64,000 nt of DNA from Macrostomum lignano (Eukaryota), in contig NIVC01002013.1 of assembly GCA_002269645.1 (NCBI GenBank), forward strand, positions 1-64,000. Direction: 5' to 3'. How positions within the stretch are numbered: the stretch's first letter is position 1; each line of letters starts with the position of its first letter. The translations under genes were made by a program, and so were the position numbers. Positions 1-11,742 of this stretch are shown piece by piece. A model generated the notes under the pieces. It was not told the origin of the DNA and searched no databases. It saw only the letters and a list, made by a program, of their open reading frames with translations.

Positions 1-3000
1 GACGTGCAGCGTTTGGCCAGGCCTCTACTCAAGGTGGCAATACGGCAGCTCAACTCGCCGTTAGTAACTAAGGGCTGCGCTACGGAACTGGTCACCAAGC
101 AGATGATTGGTCAGAATTCGTGCGACAATGATAGAGCGAATGCTACTTGCACGTACGGCTGCTTACAGAGCTACTGCAACTACATCACGCCCTGCCCTGA
201 CTGGGCGCCAAACTGCATCCGAGACCGCGGCGCTCATCTGCTACGACTGACGAACAATCTGAAATTTTCCAGTGCCCTGTCCACTGCCTGCACCACTTTG
301 CTGTCAGCATCCGATTTAGTATCACGGTTTGAGTCGACTCTTAACATTTCCAGACACCTACGCGACATATTCGGGGGAACGGGCACCAGTGCTTGCAACG
401 ACAGTCTGACATTCCGATCTCGAGTGTCCCTCAAGAGATCGGGATTGGAGATGTCTGCAAACGTTGACCTTGTGGTCCTCTTCCAAGTAAAACTGCCCGG
501 TGGCTGTTATCGCAAAGTTCTAAACCAACTTTCTTCTCCCGACTTTGCGCGTAACGCTACATTCGTCCTTAGCACGGTTGTTAAAACCCTGATTACGCCA
601 GTCTGCGGGTCTTCTGCAAGCAGCGTGGAAATGGGCGCGCCCGCGCTTCACTGTCCCGCCTGGTACCGACCGTCCAAGGATGGCCCACGTAAGTTGAAAA
701 CTGTTTGCGGATTAATTGGAGCATGGAAATTGAAATCGTGAAAGATACTGTATGAATCCTACATGTGCTGGCTGAAAAAGCAGATTTTGTGCTCATTATA
801 TATACTATAAAATAATGGTACACATCAATTAACAACTCCATAGCGTGCAAGGATCCGATGCTCGACACGCCCGGCAACGTCTTCGCCAATTCCTCACAGC
901 TTAGCATCAATGGCACTCAGGTGCGCCAAGGTGATGACCTCATCCCGCTGATGAGCACAATGGATCTGACCCGTGGAATGCTGGTCGGTGAATCTGGCAA
1001 CTACACTGGAAGATTCGTGTTCAACCGCGCCATCAGGCTGCTCAACTTTAACCTCCTGTACTCAAGCGACTTCGCAACCATTCGAATGCGGAACCTCAGC
1101 TGCCTGACAGCTTCAGGCTTTCAGCAGTTTAACACGTCGCTCGTCGAAAAGAAAAGAAATGATGCTGTATGTTCATCGCTGTGCTACTTCTGTTCTAAAT
1201 TTCTGGCTGAAAGTAGCGAAAATCACAACTGACTTTTAATGTTTTGTTAATTTCAGCTGAGCTACAACCTCACAGGGAAGCTGTGCGCCGGCCTGATGGG
1301 TGTACTAGAAGTACGGTTGCCCAAGGACAAGTCTGGAGCTTTTCAGATGACATTGATTGGCAGACCTTCAGATGGTAAGTTAGCCTAAATTAATGATTTT
1401 TCGGTGCAATTATTTCTGAAAGATTTGCAAATTTCTGCAACCTTTTTATCTTTAAAATTCCGTTACAGAGACGATTCCATTGCCCAGTATGAATGGCCAA
1501 CTTTCGATCACCTTCCAAGGCTACTTCAACGCATCGTCTATCAATGCGACGTGCTTAAATGAAACAGTTCACGCGTTTAGCGTCAGTGCTGTCAACAGAT
1601 TTGCTACGCTGATATCTGGAGTGGTTGCGGGAACTCGAATCAGTATTCGCACGAACGTCTCTAGCAACGTCTTCAAGGTTGATATCATGCCTGCTACTGA
1701 GTCGTGCAGCGATAGAGCGAAAATCTTTGCTGCCGTTAACACACCAACAACTATTTCGCTGCTTCAAACTGTTCTTAACGAAGTAAAAACCAGCAAACAA
1801 TGTGCACGAACCGATAATTACCAAGTGTCGAGTATTGCTATGCCCGTAGTGTCGGTGAGATGCATTGATGGTGAAACAGAGACCGGAAAATTCTGCTGCA
1901 TGTCAGGTACGCATTAAGTGTAGTTTGTATCTAGTAACTGTGATTTATTTTAGTTAATCTCGTTCTTGTCAGAGAAACAAATCAATAATTTTTCTAACTT
2001 TTAGCACCACCAGTAGTACCCACGCCGACTACAACGATCAAGGTTAACACCACAGAAGCGCCAACGACAGCCCCAATGCCAGGCACGGAAGCTCCTCCTC
2101 CCGCCATCAACGATACGCTGGCGGGCGCAGTCGATCTACAAGCAGCCGAAGGCACTGATCCATCCGGCGCTCCTTTGACGGGACTGAGCGGTGCGGTACT
2201 AAGCACCGGGTTGACACTGTCGAAGACTGGCGACTATGTAGTCACACTGCGATTCATCAAAATCCAGCGATTTCTTGAGCTGACACTTTACTCATCGGTG
2301 GTTCAGTCAGTAGTATCTGTGTCCAAGAGTAACGACGGTAGCACATTTTCGGATCTTAACTTGACTGCAACGGCAGATGGCAAAGGTGTTACCAAAGTTT
2401 CCATGGCTACTTTGGCAGCAGCGCAAGGACTCGCTCTGAAAATTACATTCAAAGTCACGGCTGCGGGGTCTGTTCGCATTGCCCTTCAATCAGTGGATGC
2501 CGCTTTCTACTCTGGAGTGTCCACGGTCTCCAGTGGTCAGGTGTTGCTTGTCTCAACGCACAGGTTTGCATGGAAGAGCGACGCGTCTTGTGACATAAAT
2601 AACTTGGTTTCACAGCTCAACGCCTCATGGCTTCCTTCATTGGGCTGCTCAGCGTCAAAAGTGCGGATTTATCTGTCTTTTAACCCCACGACAGTAAGTT
2701 CTTGGACGATCAGATTTTAACCAGAATTCAAATGTGTCAAAGTCTGAAAATAACTTAAAAACTTAATAAAAACTTTGCAGAAACGAGGCGAGTTGAGAAT
2801 AGCCTATTATCTGTCGGCTTCGTCTGCGGCGAGTTGCATCGATCAAATGGTCCGAATTGTGACCAATACGTCGGCACTCTTTAAGAATCTGCCATCGGCC
2901 AGTTGCTTTGATAGTGTTGCAACAACATCTCTGGCCAGCAGCTGTGGCAGTGCATCGCTTACAGGAGCCTTGGCCAGCTTTTGCTGCTCCCAGTTTCTGT

Positions 3001-6000
3001 GCCCTCAGCCAGTTGTATACAAGCCCCTCGAGCCGCAACCTTCGCCTGGTTCTGTCACCTTCTCGTACGTTGGAGAGTTCAGCTCGACGACGGCTAGTTC
3101 AAGCTGTTTGAATGCGACAATTCAGACGTTTGGCCGCAATGCAAGTGTGCAACTAGCTGCTCTTCTGCCTTCGCTGCTGGTGCGTGTCGGAGCTATAACA
3201 CACTTCTCTGGAAATAGCTTCAGATTCAACTTCACGCCAATCGCTGTGTCTTGCAATGCCACTGCGAGATTTGATGCGGCTTTCAACACCAGTGAGGCTG
3301 CAGACGTGGTCCAGCGTGCATTTGATCAAGTCAAAGCCTCGATCGCGTGCGCAGTGTCGAATAATTTTGAAGTCAAGAACGTTCAGCTGCCTGAGATAAC
3401 GAAGAGCTGTCCAAGTGGTACAGCCAGCTCGGAGGACTCCTACTGCTGCTCACCGAGTAAGTGCTCCTGCTTTGAGAGAAATGTTTGTTTAAGAATTTAG
3501 CATATTACAGTCCCGACAGTTGGTCTTATTAGTAGTATATATACCATTTTTCTCCATCAGCAATCGCATTACAATTCCCTTGCTTTTTATTCGTATCGCT
3601 AGTTTAAACTCCATTTAAACCGCCTTCACAGCAAAGAGTCGCAAGCGAAGGGACACGCCGTCACCGAGGCCATCAAGTCTCTCGAGCACCCTGGCACAGT
3701 TTAACATTGAAATCAGCTCGAACGAAGAGTCAGCTAGGCTCGCTAGGCTGCAGAAAGCGTTCTCAACATCTACTTGGGTCACAGTGTCTGCCATCAACAC
3801 GTCATCTGCTCTGTTGTTGTCAACGGAGGGCCAGTGGACAACGGCACCGCCAACTTGCGACGATATTGCTCCGCCCAAGTTTGGCTACTGCCCGGCGCTG
3901 CTGCAGCTCGAGCTGGGACCCGCCGTGATTCCGCCCGAGTCCCTCACTAAGCCAAACGTTATGGATAATTCTGGCCAAATGCCAACTGTCGAGGTGCAGC
4001 CCAGCAGTTTAAGTCGCTTCAATCCGCTTACTAGCAGCGTTATGGTTAACTACACCGCCACTGACGCCGCCGGAAACAAAGGAAATTGCAGCATTCAGGT
4101 TCAACTCGTAGACAGAACGCCGCCGAAAGTCACCTGCCCACCAAGCGAGGTGTACCAGTACGTGAGCACAGTGACAGAAAACGTAACGGCAGAACTACCT
4201 AACATTACTTACAGCGACTTTAGCGGCATCGCGCTGGCCGAGTATCGTGGTGTGAAGCCGAAAGATACAGTCAGGTTCGGTGCGAACTATTTGGTGCAGT
4301 TCGTAGTCATGGACAACGCCAAGAATAATGCCAGCTGTCACTTTATCTTCTTGGTTCGCTGTAAGTGTCTACTAAAAATATGAATTTTCTCGCTATTGTC
4401 TGTATAAACTTAAAGAAATTCTGACCGCAAAACTAAAATGCTTTCAGCTCGCTTCTGTAACAGCCAGACGATACCAGTGCGAAACTCAACGACCTACAAG
4501 TCAGTGTGCTCCTCGACTACGAATCGGACGGATTGTAATGTCAGCTGTCCGGCTGGCCAACTTTCTGCCCTGACTGGCACAGACAAGATCGGTGTTACCT
4601 GCACAGGCAACTCGTCTTGGGAGTACATGAATAACAAAGTCTACTATGTGCCTGAGTGCTCACGTAAGTTCTCGCCATGACTCATGAGTTATTACAAATC
4701 CTATAGTTCTAACACATGATAACAATGCTTTTCTGCTAACGTTCAGCTGTCTTCGGCTACTTGGCTCTGGACTTCAACGCCACCTACCGACCTGCCTCAA
4801 GCAAGTGTGGCGACGCAGAAAAAGAAAGCTTCAGTTTCGACCTATCGGTTCTGAAGGACATATCCTGCGGTTTTACGAACGTGATGACATTTGGACTAAA
4901 GATCGTCAACCTTAAGAAAGTAAGTCGGCATACGATAATGCGAAATGGCTGATATGCGATTATTTATTTTATTGTAAACCGTTTTTGTTATTCTTGCAAA
5001 TGCAGAGAAACACGTGTAGAAAATTGCATGCAATCGACGCTTTTTAGGAATCGATCGACTTCTCTCTGTTCCTGAAATTCAACTCTAGTTCCGTCGATTT
5101 TGGCTCAATGAGCAACTGCTTGTCATCTGCCGCCAGAAGAATTGGCGCCCTGAACCTGAAAATTAACAGCACAGTTGCTTCATGCAACACTACCAGCGGG
5201 CCTGCTTTGCAGCGCACTGCAATGCCGATGTACAGGTGTCCATCTGGAAGTGTCAAGGTCAACGTCAGCAGCACAGTCGAAATTTGCTGTAAGTGTGGTT
5301 TTAAAACCTACGATATTCGGAATATGAATTAAAAAATATGAATGAATTCTTACGCATAATTCTCTACGCGCCCGCAGTGATGTGCCCGCCTGGAAGCGTT
5401 CAGAAAAACAATAGCTGCGTTATCTGCCCCCAAAACTACTATCAGGACAAGTCCGGAAAGGCTTCGATGTGTGAGAAGTGTCCGAATGGCACTGGAACTT
5501 ATAGAAACGGATCCATCTCTGCCGCGATGTGCAGGCCTCTCTGCAAGCCTGGCTTCTACTCAGATTCGGGACTTGAGCCCTGCCAGCCGTGCATGCAAGG
5601 CTCTTACAGCAGCAGCAACGGTTCGACTGCTTGCATGGCCTGTCCGACTGACGGTGACACCACGCCCAGCGTCGGAACCTCGAACGTGAGCATGTGCGGA
5701 GCCCTCTGCCCAGCTGGCCAGTTCGGAAAGGCCAACGGTGTCAACGTGACGGACAATCTGTGCCAACCGTGTCCCCGTAACACCTGGCAGAACCTCACAG
5801 GTCAGGTGTCCTGCAACACGTGCCCAGAAAAACTTGCCACCGCGGCCATTGGAGCCGACAACGAGGGCGCCTGCCAAACAATCAACCAATGCGATGGCTC
5901 CCCTTGCTTGAACGGCGGTCGCTGCATCAATAACTTCACATTCTACACTTGCAATTGCGCTGACACGGGCTATTACGGAATGCAATGCGAGAATAACTTC

Positions 6001-9000
6001 GACGACTGCAGCACCGATCCGTGCCAGAATGACGGCGAATGCAACGACCTGGTGGGAGGCTACTCCTGCAGTTGCAAGGAGGGCTACACTGGCGCCAATT
6101 GCGAACGGGAACGCGACATTTGTGATGAGGAGAGTCCTTGCGTCAACGGAAAGTGCATCTCCGGCTTTAATTCTTATCGCTGTCACTGCGCTCATGGATA
6201 CAGTGGTGTCAACTGCACCGAGTCGGATGACCCATGCACGAACACTTCCCTATGCAGCAATAACCTAAACCAGGGCAACTGCACGCAGGACAAAGCAGCT
6301 CCACGCGGTTACACGTGCGCCTGCAGTGGAGACTTTCTGTTGCCTGATTGCGCCATCAGAATGAGCCCTTGCGACCTTCGGCCTTGTGAAAATGGTGGCA
6401 CATGCTCAGCTTCCGGCACCACCCGTAGCTGCACCTGCCCACCTGGTCTCACTGGCGACAGCTGCGAACTCGACATTGACGAATCTAAGGGACCTAACCC
6501 GTGCCAAAACGGCGGCACAGTGGTCAATATCTTCAACGGATACGAATGCCAGTGTAGAGCGCCATTCACAGGAATGAACTGCACAAACCAGACCAACAAC
6601 TGTGACAGCAACCCGTGCCTGAACGGCGCGACCTGCGTCAACCTAGAAGGCGTCGACAATTTCACCTGTCGGTGCGTGCCAGGCTACAGCGGTTTCACCT
6701 GTGAAGTTCGCATGAATCCGTGCGATGCAAACCCGTGCGTGGCAAGCAACACGAACGGACCCTGCGAGTGGACCAACGGCACCGAGTACGAGTGCAAGTG
6801 TCTGCCGGGTTGGTCGGGTACCAATTGCAGCGTTGCCAGCAATCCGTGTGTTGACTTCGAATGCAAGAACGGTGGAACTTGCCGATACAAATACGACGAG
6901 GGAGGTTCTGGCACCGCCTTCTGCGACTGCGCTACCGGCTTCAGCGGACCGCGTTGCGAAGAGAATATCGATGACTGCATGAGCAATCCTTGCGTCAACG
7001 GCTTCTGCGCGGACGGTGTTAATTCTTACACCTGCACTTGTAGCGAGGGATGGAATGGGACTAACTGCGACCAGTTGGGTGACGCTTGCGCAGCAATGAG
7101 CTCAAATGCCTGCGAGAACAACGGCACATGCGTGACAACATCCGATGGCAGCTACATGTGCGTGAATTGCAGCGCCGGCTGGACTGGTCAGAACTGCTCC
7201 GAGCTGGTGGACAACTGCGCTAGCAAGCCTTGCCTAAACGGAGGTGTCTGCACAAACGAACTGAATGGTTTCAACTGCTCCTGCGTCGACGATTTCACCG
7301 GCGATACATGCGAAATTGCTCCTAACTACTGTCTCAGCCTGAAATGCTTGAACGGCGGCACATGCGTCAGCAGTGCTGAGTATCGCAATGCCTCTTGCAA
7401 TTGCACAGGCACAGGTTTTAATGGCGTCAGGTGCGAAAGTAACATCAACGACTGTCCAGCCAACAGTTCCAGCAACGCCTGTCAGAACGGTGGCACGTGC
7501 GTTGATGGCATCAATAGCTTTACTTGTTCTTGCACACCTGCATTCTATGGGGACCGTTGCGAGAAAGGTACGCACGAAATTTTATGCAGCATGCTGATTC
7601 AATATGATCTATCCGGACTTTTCCGGTATTTAACCCGTTTTTAAATAAAAAATTTGAAACAGGTGGTGGATCGGCAACTGAGAGCTTTGATATCAGCGCT
7701 GTGCCCACTGGCGTCTCTCGCCAAGCACTGAGTGTCAGCGTTGCAAACAACGGATCTTCAACAGCGTACGAAAGGCTTACTCTTACAGCCTACGTAAGAC
7801 CAACTTCTCAGCTCTACGCTGGAGAGATGCTACGTCTTGCCAGGTAAGCTGTGGCTAGTTCTTGTTTTTTATATATTACATGAACCTCAATAAGATTAAA
7901 GTAGTGAAACTACATGTATCTTCCAACCAACCTGATAGGGGTTCGGCGACAATCTTCCAGTGGAACACAACTGGAGTATTATTCAACAATACGGACGTCG
8001 GCTCAGCCAGCGCCAGCCAGTCTGCCAGCGTGAACACTGGCTATTGGACCAGTCTGGTGCTGACGTTGAACAACTCACGGCTGGTCATTTACATCAACGG
8101 ATCGGCGCTGCCAGTCGTTAACCTGCCCGCTGCTGCTGCCTCAATCAATCTTTCAGGCGCTGTTCTTCAACTAGGTGGCCAAGACGGTGGCTTCACAGGC
8201 GACTACTCGCAGGTAAATTTGTTCTCCAATACCTTCACGGCTGCAGAGGCGGTGATATTGGACCAGATCGCCAGGAACTGCACAGCTGCCAGGGTCCTCT
8301 CCGGTGATCTGATTAGCTACCGACATCTGGGAACAGGTGCCTTGGCTGACGGCTACGAGCGCCGCAATCCGTCGGTGTGCCAGACAAACACCTGCTCCGA
8401 CAGCTTCACGGGCCCGTCTTGCTCGGAGCTGAGAGACACTGAGCCGCCAAGGATTCTGTACTGCCCGAACTACATCAGCGTAATCAGCACTGGAAACCGC
8501 ATGACAACTGTAATCTTTAGAGAGCCCGAGTTTGCTGACAACAGCGGCTCCTTCGTAGTGACTAAGAGTATCGTCAGCGGTACTGTCCTAGCCTGGGGCG
8601 AGTACAAAGCCGTCTACACAGCGACTGACCCGAGTGGAAACAACCGAATTTGCGAATTTAGTATCTACGTTTCGCGTGAGTGTGCACCGAAAAGACGTTT
8701 GGGTAATTGAATATGATGATTGAATAATTTCTACTCAAAAAATCACTCCAACAGGCTACCGCTGCGAGGCTCTGGTGATGCCGAACGACAGGACATTCTC
8801 CATCTGCGCTTCCACGCCGTACGGAAGCTACTGCAAGCTGCTTTGCCGTGGTATGTAGTCATCTATGAACTGTCTATTTTAAGTAATATACGATAAAAAT
8901 AAAAGTGTAACCTCCTCTATTAAAAGTGCTTAACTCACCCCAACACAGACGAGGGCCGCACACGTTTGGCCCCAGTTGGTGGGCAGCTGCTGCCGCCATT

Positions 9001-10567
9001 CTACTACTGCGACCGCACAGGCAGCTGGTTCCCGCCGGTCGTGCAGCAGCCCTACACCTTGCCTGGCTGCGAGTTCCTCGGCGACGCGCCGACCAGCCGA
9101 GCTTCCGGCAACCTCTCGGCCGCCATCGACACCTGCGATGCTGCCAGTCGCAGTGCTCTCATACAGCGGATGATCAACTACTTCAATTCGTTGAATCTCT
9201 GCCAGACGTGCACGGAGAATGACTTCAGCGTCTCCTGCGTGGTCAGCGTTGGCCGCCGCCGCCGCCGACAGACTGGAAGCTCAGCCAGCGTGTCCTATTC
9301 AATCCCCAGCTCCGGCGGAATCACCACCCTCTGCTCCAACCTCAAGAGAGGCTCGGTCTCCTACGGCGGCACAACTATGACTGGCTCCTGTCCCACGATC
9401 ACCAGCTCGTGCCCAGCAGGCCAGATCCTCTCGGGCACCTCGTGTGTACTGTGTCCAGCCGGCACATACGCTACCACTGTGTCGAACGAGTGCGTACCAT
9501 GCCCTGTGGGCCAGTACACGTCAGTGTCCGGCTCCTCAGCCTGCGCCAGTTGTCCATCCGGAAGAACAACGCCCGGAGTTGGTGCTTCGGATGGCACCAT
9601 GTGTTATTTAATCTGCCCGGCCGGCCAGTTCATGAACGAAACTCTGGGCAGCTGCCAGAGCTGCCCAAACGGAACCTACTCCAACACTGCCGGCATGGCT
9701 CAGTGCTGGGCCTGCCCGCTGGGCACCGCCGCCTCCTCCGGGACCTCCAGCAGCTCTGGCTGCCGTGAATGCCCCGCCGGTCAACAGCTGGGCGCCGATG
9801 GCACCTGCAGGCCTTGCCCTGTCGGTTACTACAGAGAGAACAATCCCAACATCACCAGCTGCCAGGCCTGCCCGTCCGGATACACAACGCCTACGGAGGG
9901 CAGCGACTCTGTTGCCAAGTGCAGCGTGGTGCTCTGCTCGCCGGGCAGCTACCGAACCGGCTCCAACACCTGCTCGCAGTGCCCGCTAGGCACCTTCCAG
10001 CCGACCGCCGGCCAGACCCGATGCCTGCACTGCGGCCGCGGCAACACCACAGTGTCCACTGGCGCAGTGGCGATCTCCCAGTGCGTACGGGGCACAGTTG
10101 ATGAGTGCGCCTCGGTCGTCTGGACCTGGTTCTGCAGCCCGAACACAGTCTGCAAGGACACGGCTGACTTCTTTGAGTGTCCTTGTCGTAAGCCGAACTT
10201 CGAAGGCGAATATTTCAACTGCAAATGCGCGCCGAACTACAGCGGCTCAAACTGCGAGGTGTACACCGGCGGCAGTGGCCTATCGACCGGCGCCATCGTG
10301 GCGATTGCCGTCTCCTGCTCAGTCGTGGCCATCGCCGCCATCATCGCCGTCGCCGTTTACTGCGTGAAGAAGAACCAAGGCGCCAATCCGAGCGCCACCT
10401 ACACGGTGTACAACAACCCGTACGCGGCGGAGGTGATGTCCACCATCAGCAAGACCAACAGCGGCTACCAGGGTGACGTCACCGACCAGCCGGAGCTGCG
10501 CCACAGCATGGGCTCGTCTGCTAAGCGCAGCTACATGCACTCAGTGAGTGAAGCAGCACTTGATTAA
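1..10567 (+). CDS. Giant type I transmembrane EGF/HYR/Ephrin_rec_like/LamG protein, uninflatable (uif)/SVEP1-like; 5'-truncated, 15 exons
   Basis: Phase-consistent GT-AG exon chain: 1-688, 844-1166, 1257-1374, 1469-1906, 2005-2693, 2781-3456, 3632-4360, 4448-4663, 4747-4919, 5048-5288, 5378-7567, 7663-7843, 7939-8675, 8755-8850, 8949-10567 (TAA). About 3,036 codons; introns about 80-175 bp. HYR motifs (YTATDAAGNKGNC; YTATDPSGNNRIC), CPxGxY repeats, EGF repeats, TM GAIVAIAVSCSVVAIAAIIAVAVYCV followed by KK. Confidence 0.9.
3632..4360 (+). CDS. Exon 7 of the uif-like gene: furin-type site, sushi-like C-terminus and two HYR domains
   Basis: SRKRRDT near the exon start; GQWTTAPPTC then DIAPPKFGYCP; YTATDAAGNKGNC and DRTPPKVTCP; MDNAKNNASCHF. 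Confidence 0.8.
5378..7567 (+). CDS. Exon 11 of the uif-like gene: three Ephrin_rec_like (GCC2/GCC3) repeats plus 14 tandem EGF-like repeats
   Basis: CPQNYYQ/CKPGFYS/CPAGQFG repeats, then EGF units such as NQCDGSPCLNGGRC...C.C..GY.G..CE; several C2-xxxx-T-C3 O-fucose consensus sites (CxNGGTC). Confidence 0.92.
8949..10567 (+). CDS. Terminal exon of the uif-like gene: RRRRR site, Ephrin_rec_like repeats, EGF, TM helix, short cytoplasmic tail
   Basis: VGRRRRRQT; CPAGTY/CPVGQY/CPNGTY/CPVGYY/CPLGTF repeats; CKCAPNYSGSNCE; hydrophobic helix followed by KKN; about 65-aa tail; stop TAA 10565-10567. Confidence 0.9.
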
Positions 10568-10604
10568 TTGCTAGTTTTCCGCATGTACAGTAGGTATGTG
10601 TAAT

Positions 10605-11362
10605 GCAAGTTACATGTGATGATTATACAATAGCTACATGCAATGATCACACATTAGCTACATGCAATGATCACACATTAGCTACATGCAATGATCACAC
10701 ATTAGCTACATGCAATGATCACACATTAGCTACATGCAATGATCACACATTAGCTACATGCAATGATCACACATTAGCTACATGCAATGATCACACATTA
10801 GCTACATGCAATGATCACACATTAGCTACATGTAATGATCACACATTAGCTACATATAATGATCACACATTAGCTACATGCAATGATCACACATTAGCTA
10901 CATGTAATGATCACACATTAGCTACATGCAATGATCACACATTAGCTACATGCAATGATCACACATTAGCTTACATGCAATGATCACACATTAGCTACAT
11001 GCAATGATCACACATTAGCTACATGCAATGATCACACATTAGCTACATGCAATGATCACACATTAGCTACATGCAATGATCACACATTAGCTACATGCAA
11101 TGATCACACATTAGCTACATGCAATGATCACACATTAGCTACATGTAATGATCACACATTAGCTACATGTAATGATCACACATTAGCTACATGCAATGAT
11201 CACACATTAGCTACATGCAATGATCACACATTAGCTACATGTAATGATCACACATTAGCTACATGTAATGATCACACATTAGCTACATGCAATGATCACA
11301 CATTAGCTACATGTAATGATCACACATTAGCTACATGCAATGATCACACATTAGCTACATGT
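10605..11362 (+). repeat. 24-bp minisatellite (TAGCTACATGCAATGATCACACAT)n, about 31 copies
   Basis: Near-perfect tandem units with C/T variation at one position; starts about 40 bp after the stop codon of the uif-like gene. Confidence 0.97.
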
Positions 11363-11374
11363 AAATGTAACTAT

Positions 11375-11742
11375 AGGGGGGCCGTAGCCCAGCGGTAGCG
11401 CAGCTGCTCTGGTGTGCCAGCGACCCAGGCTCGATTCCAAGTGCAGCCACATTAATTTGGGGCTGAATTGGAATCTCGGCTTGGCTCTGCTCGTGCAATT
11501 AACGGCCTTGAGAGCCAACCCCCCAAGGCGCAGTGAAGTGTACATGCCTAACGATAATATAAAGTTAGGGCCGTTGTACACTCCTGTGTGAGTGTGTGCC
11601 TGCGTACGTATCCGCGCGCTTGTATGCCTGCTCAGGGGAGTCGGCGGAATGGGCAGTAATGCCTCTCGCCGGTTGTGTGCCAATGTCGCTTAAAGTGCGC
11701 CAGGGTGCACACAACCCCCTGCCTCTAATAAAAAAAATAAAA
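11375..11742 (+). mobile_element. Full-length tRNA-derived SINE
   Basis: A box TAGCCCAGCGG (11385-11395), B box GGCTCGATTCC (11428-11438), A-rich tail, 12-bp TSD AAATGTAACTAT at 11363-11374 and 11743-11754; body homologous to 16600-16760 and 18930-19080. Confidence 0.9.

Noticed and set aside
5471-10540. Alternative-frame and antisense ORFs over the EGF and Cys-rich exons
   Set aside because: Shadows of the GC-rich main reading frame.
10603-10983. 126-aa ORF (ATCNDHTL)n
   Set aside because: A stop-free frame of the 24-bp satellite; no splice or codon evidence.
11375-11450. tRNA gene
   Set aside because: It has A and B boxes but no complete cloverleaf; it continues into a repeated body with an A-tail and TSD, so it is a SINE head.
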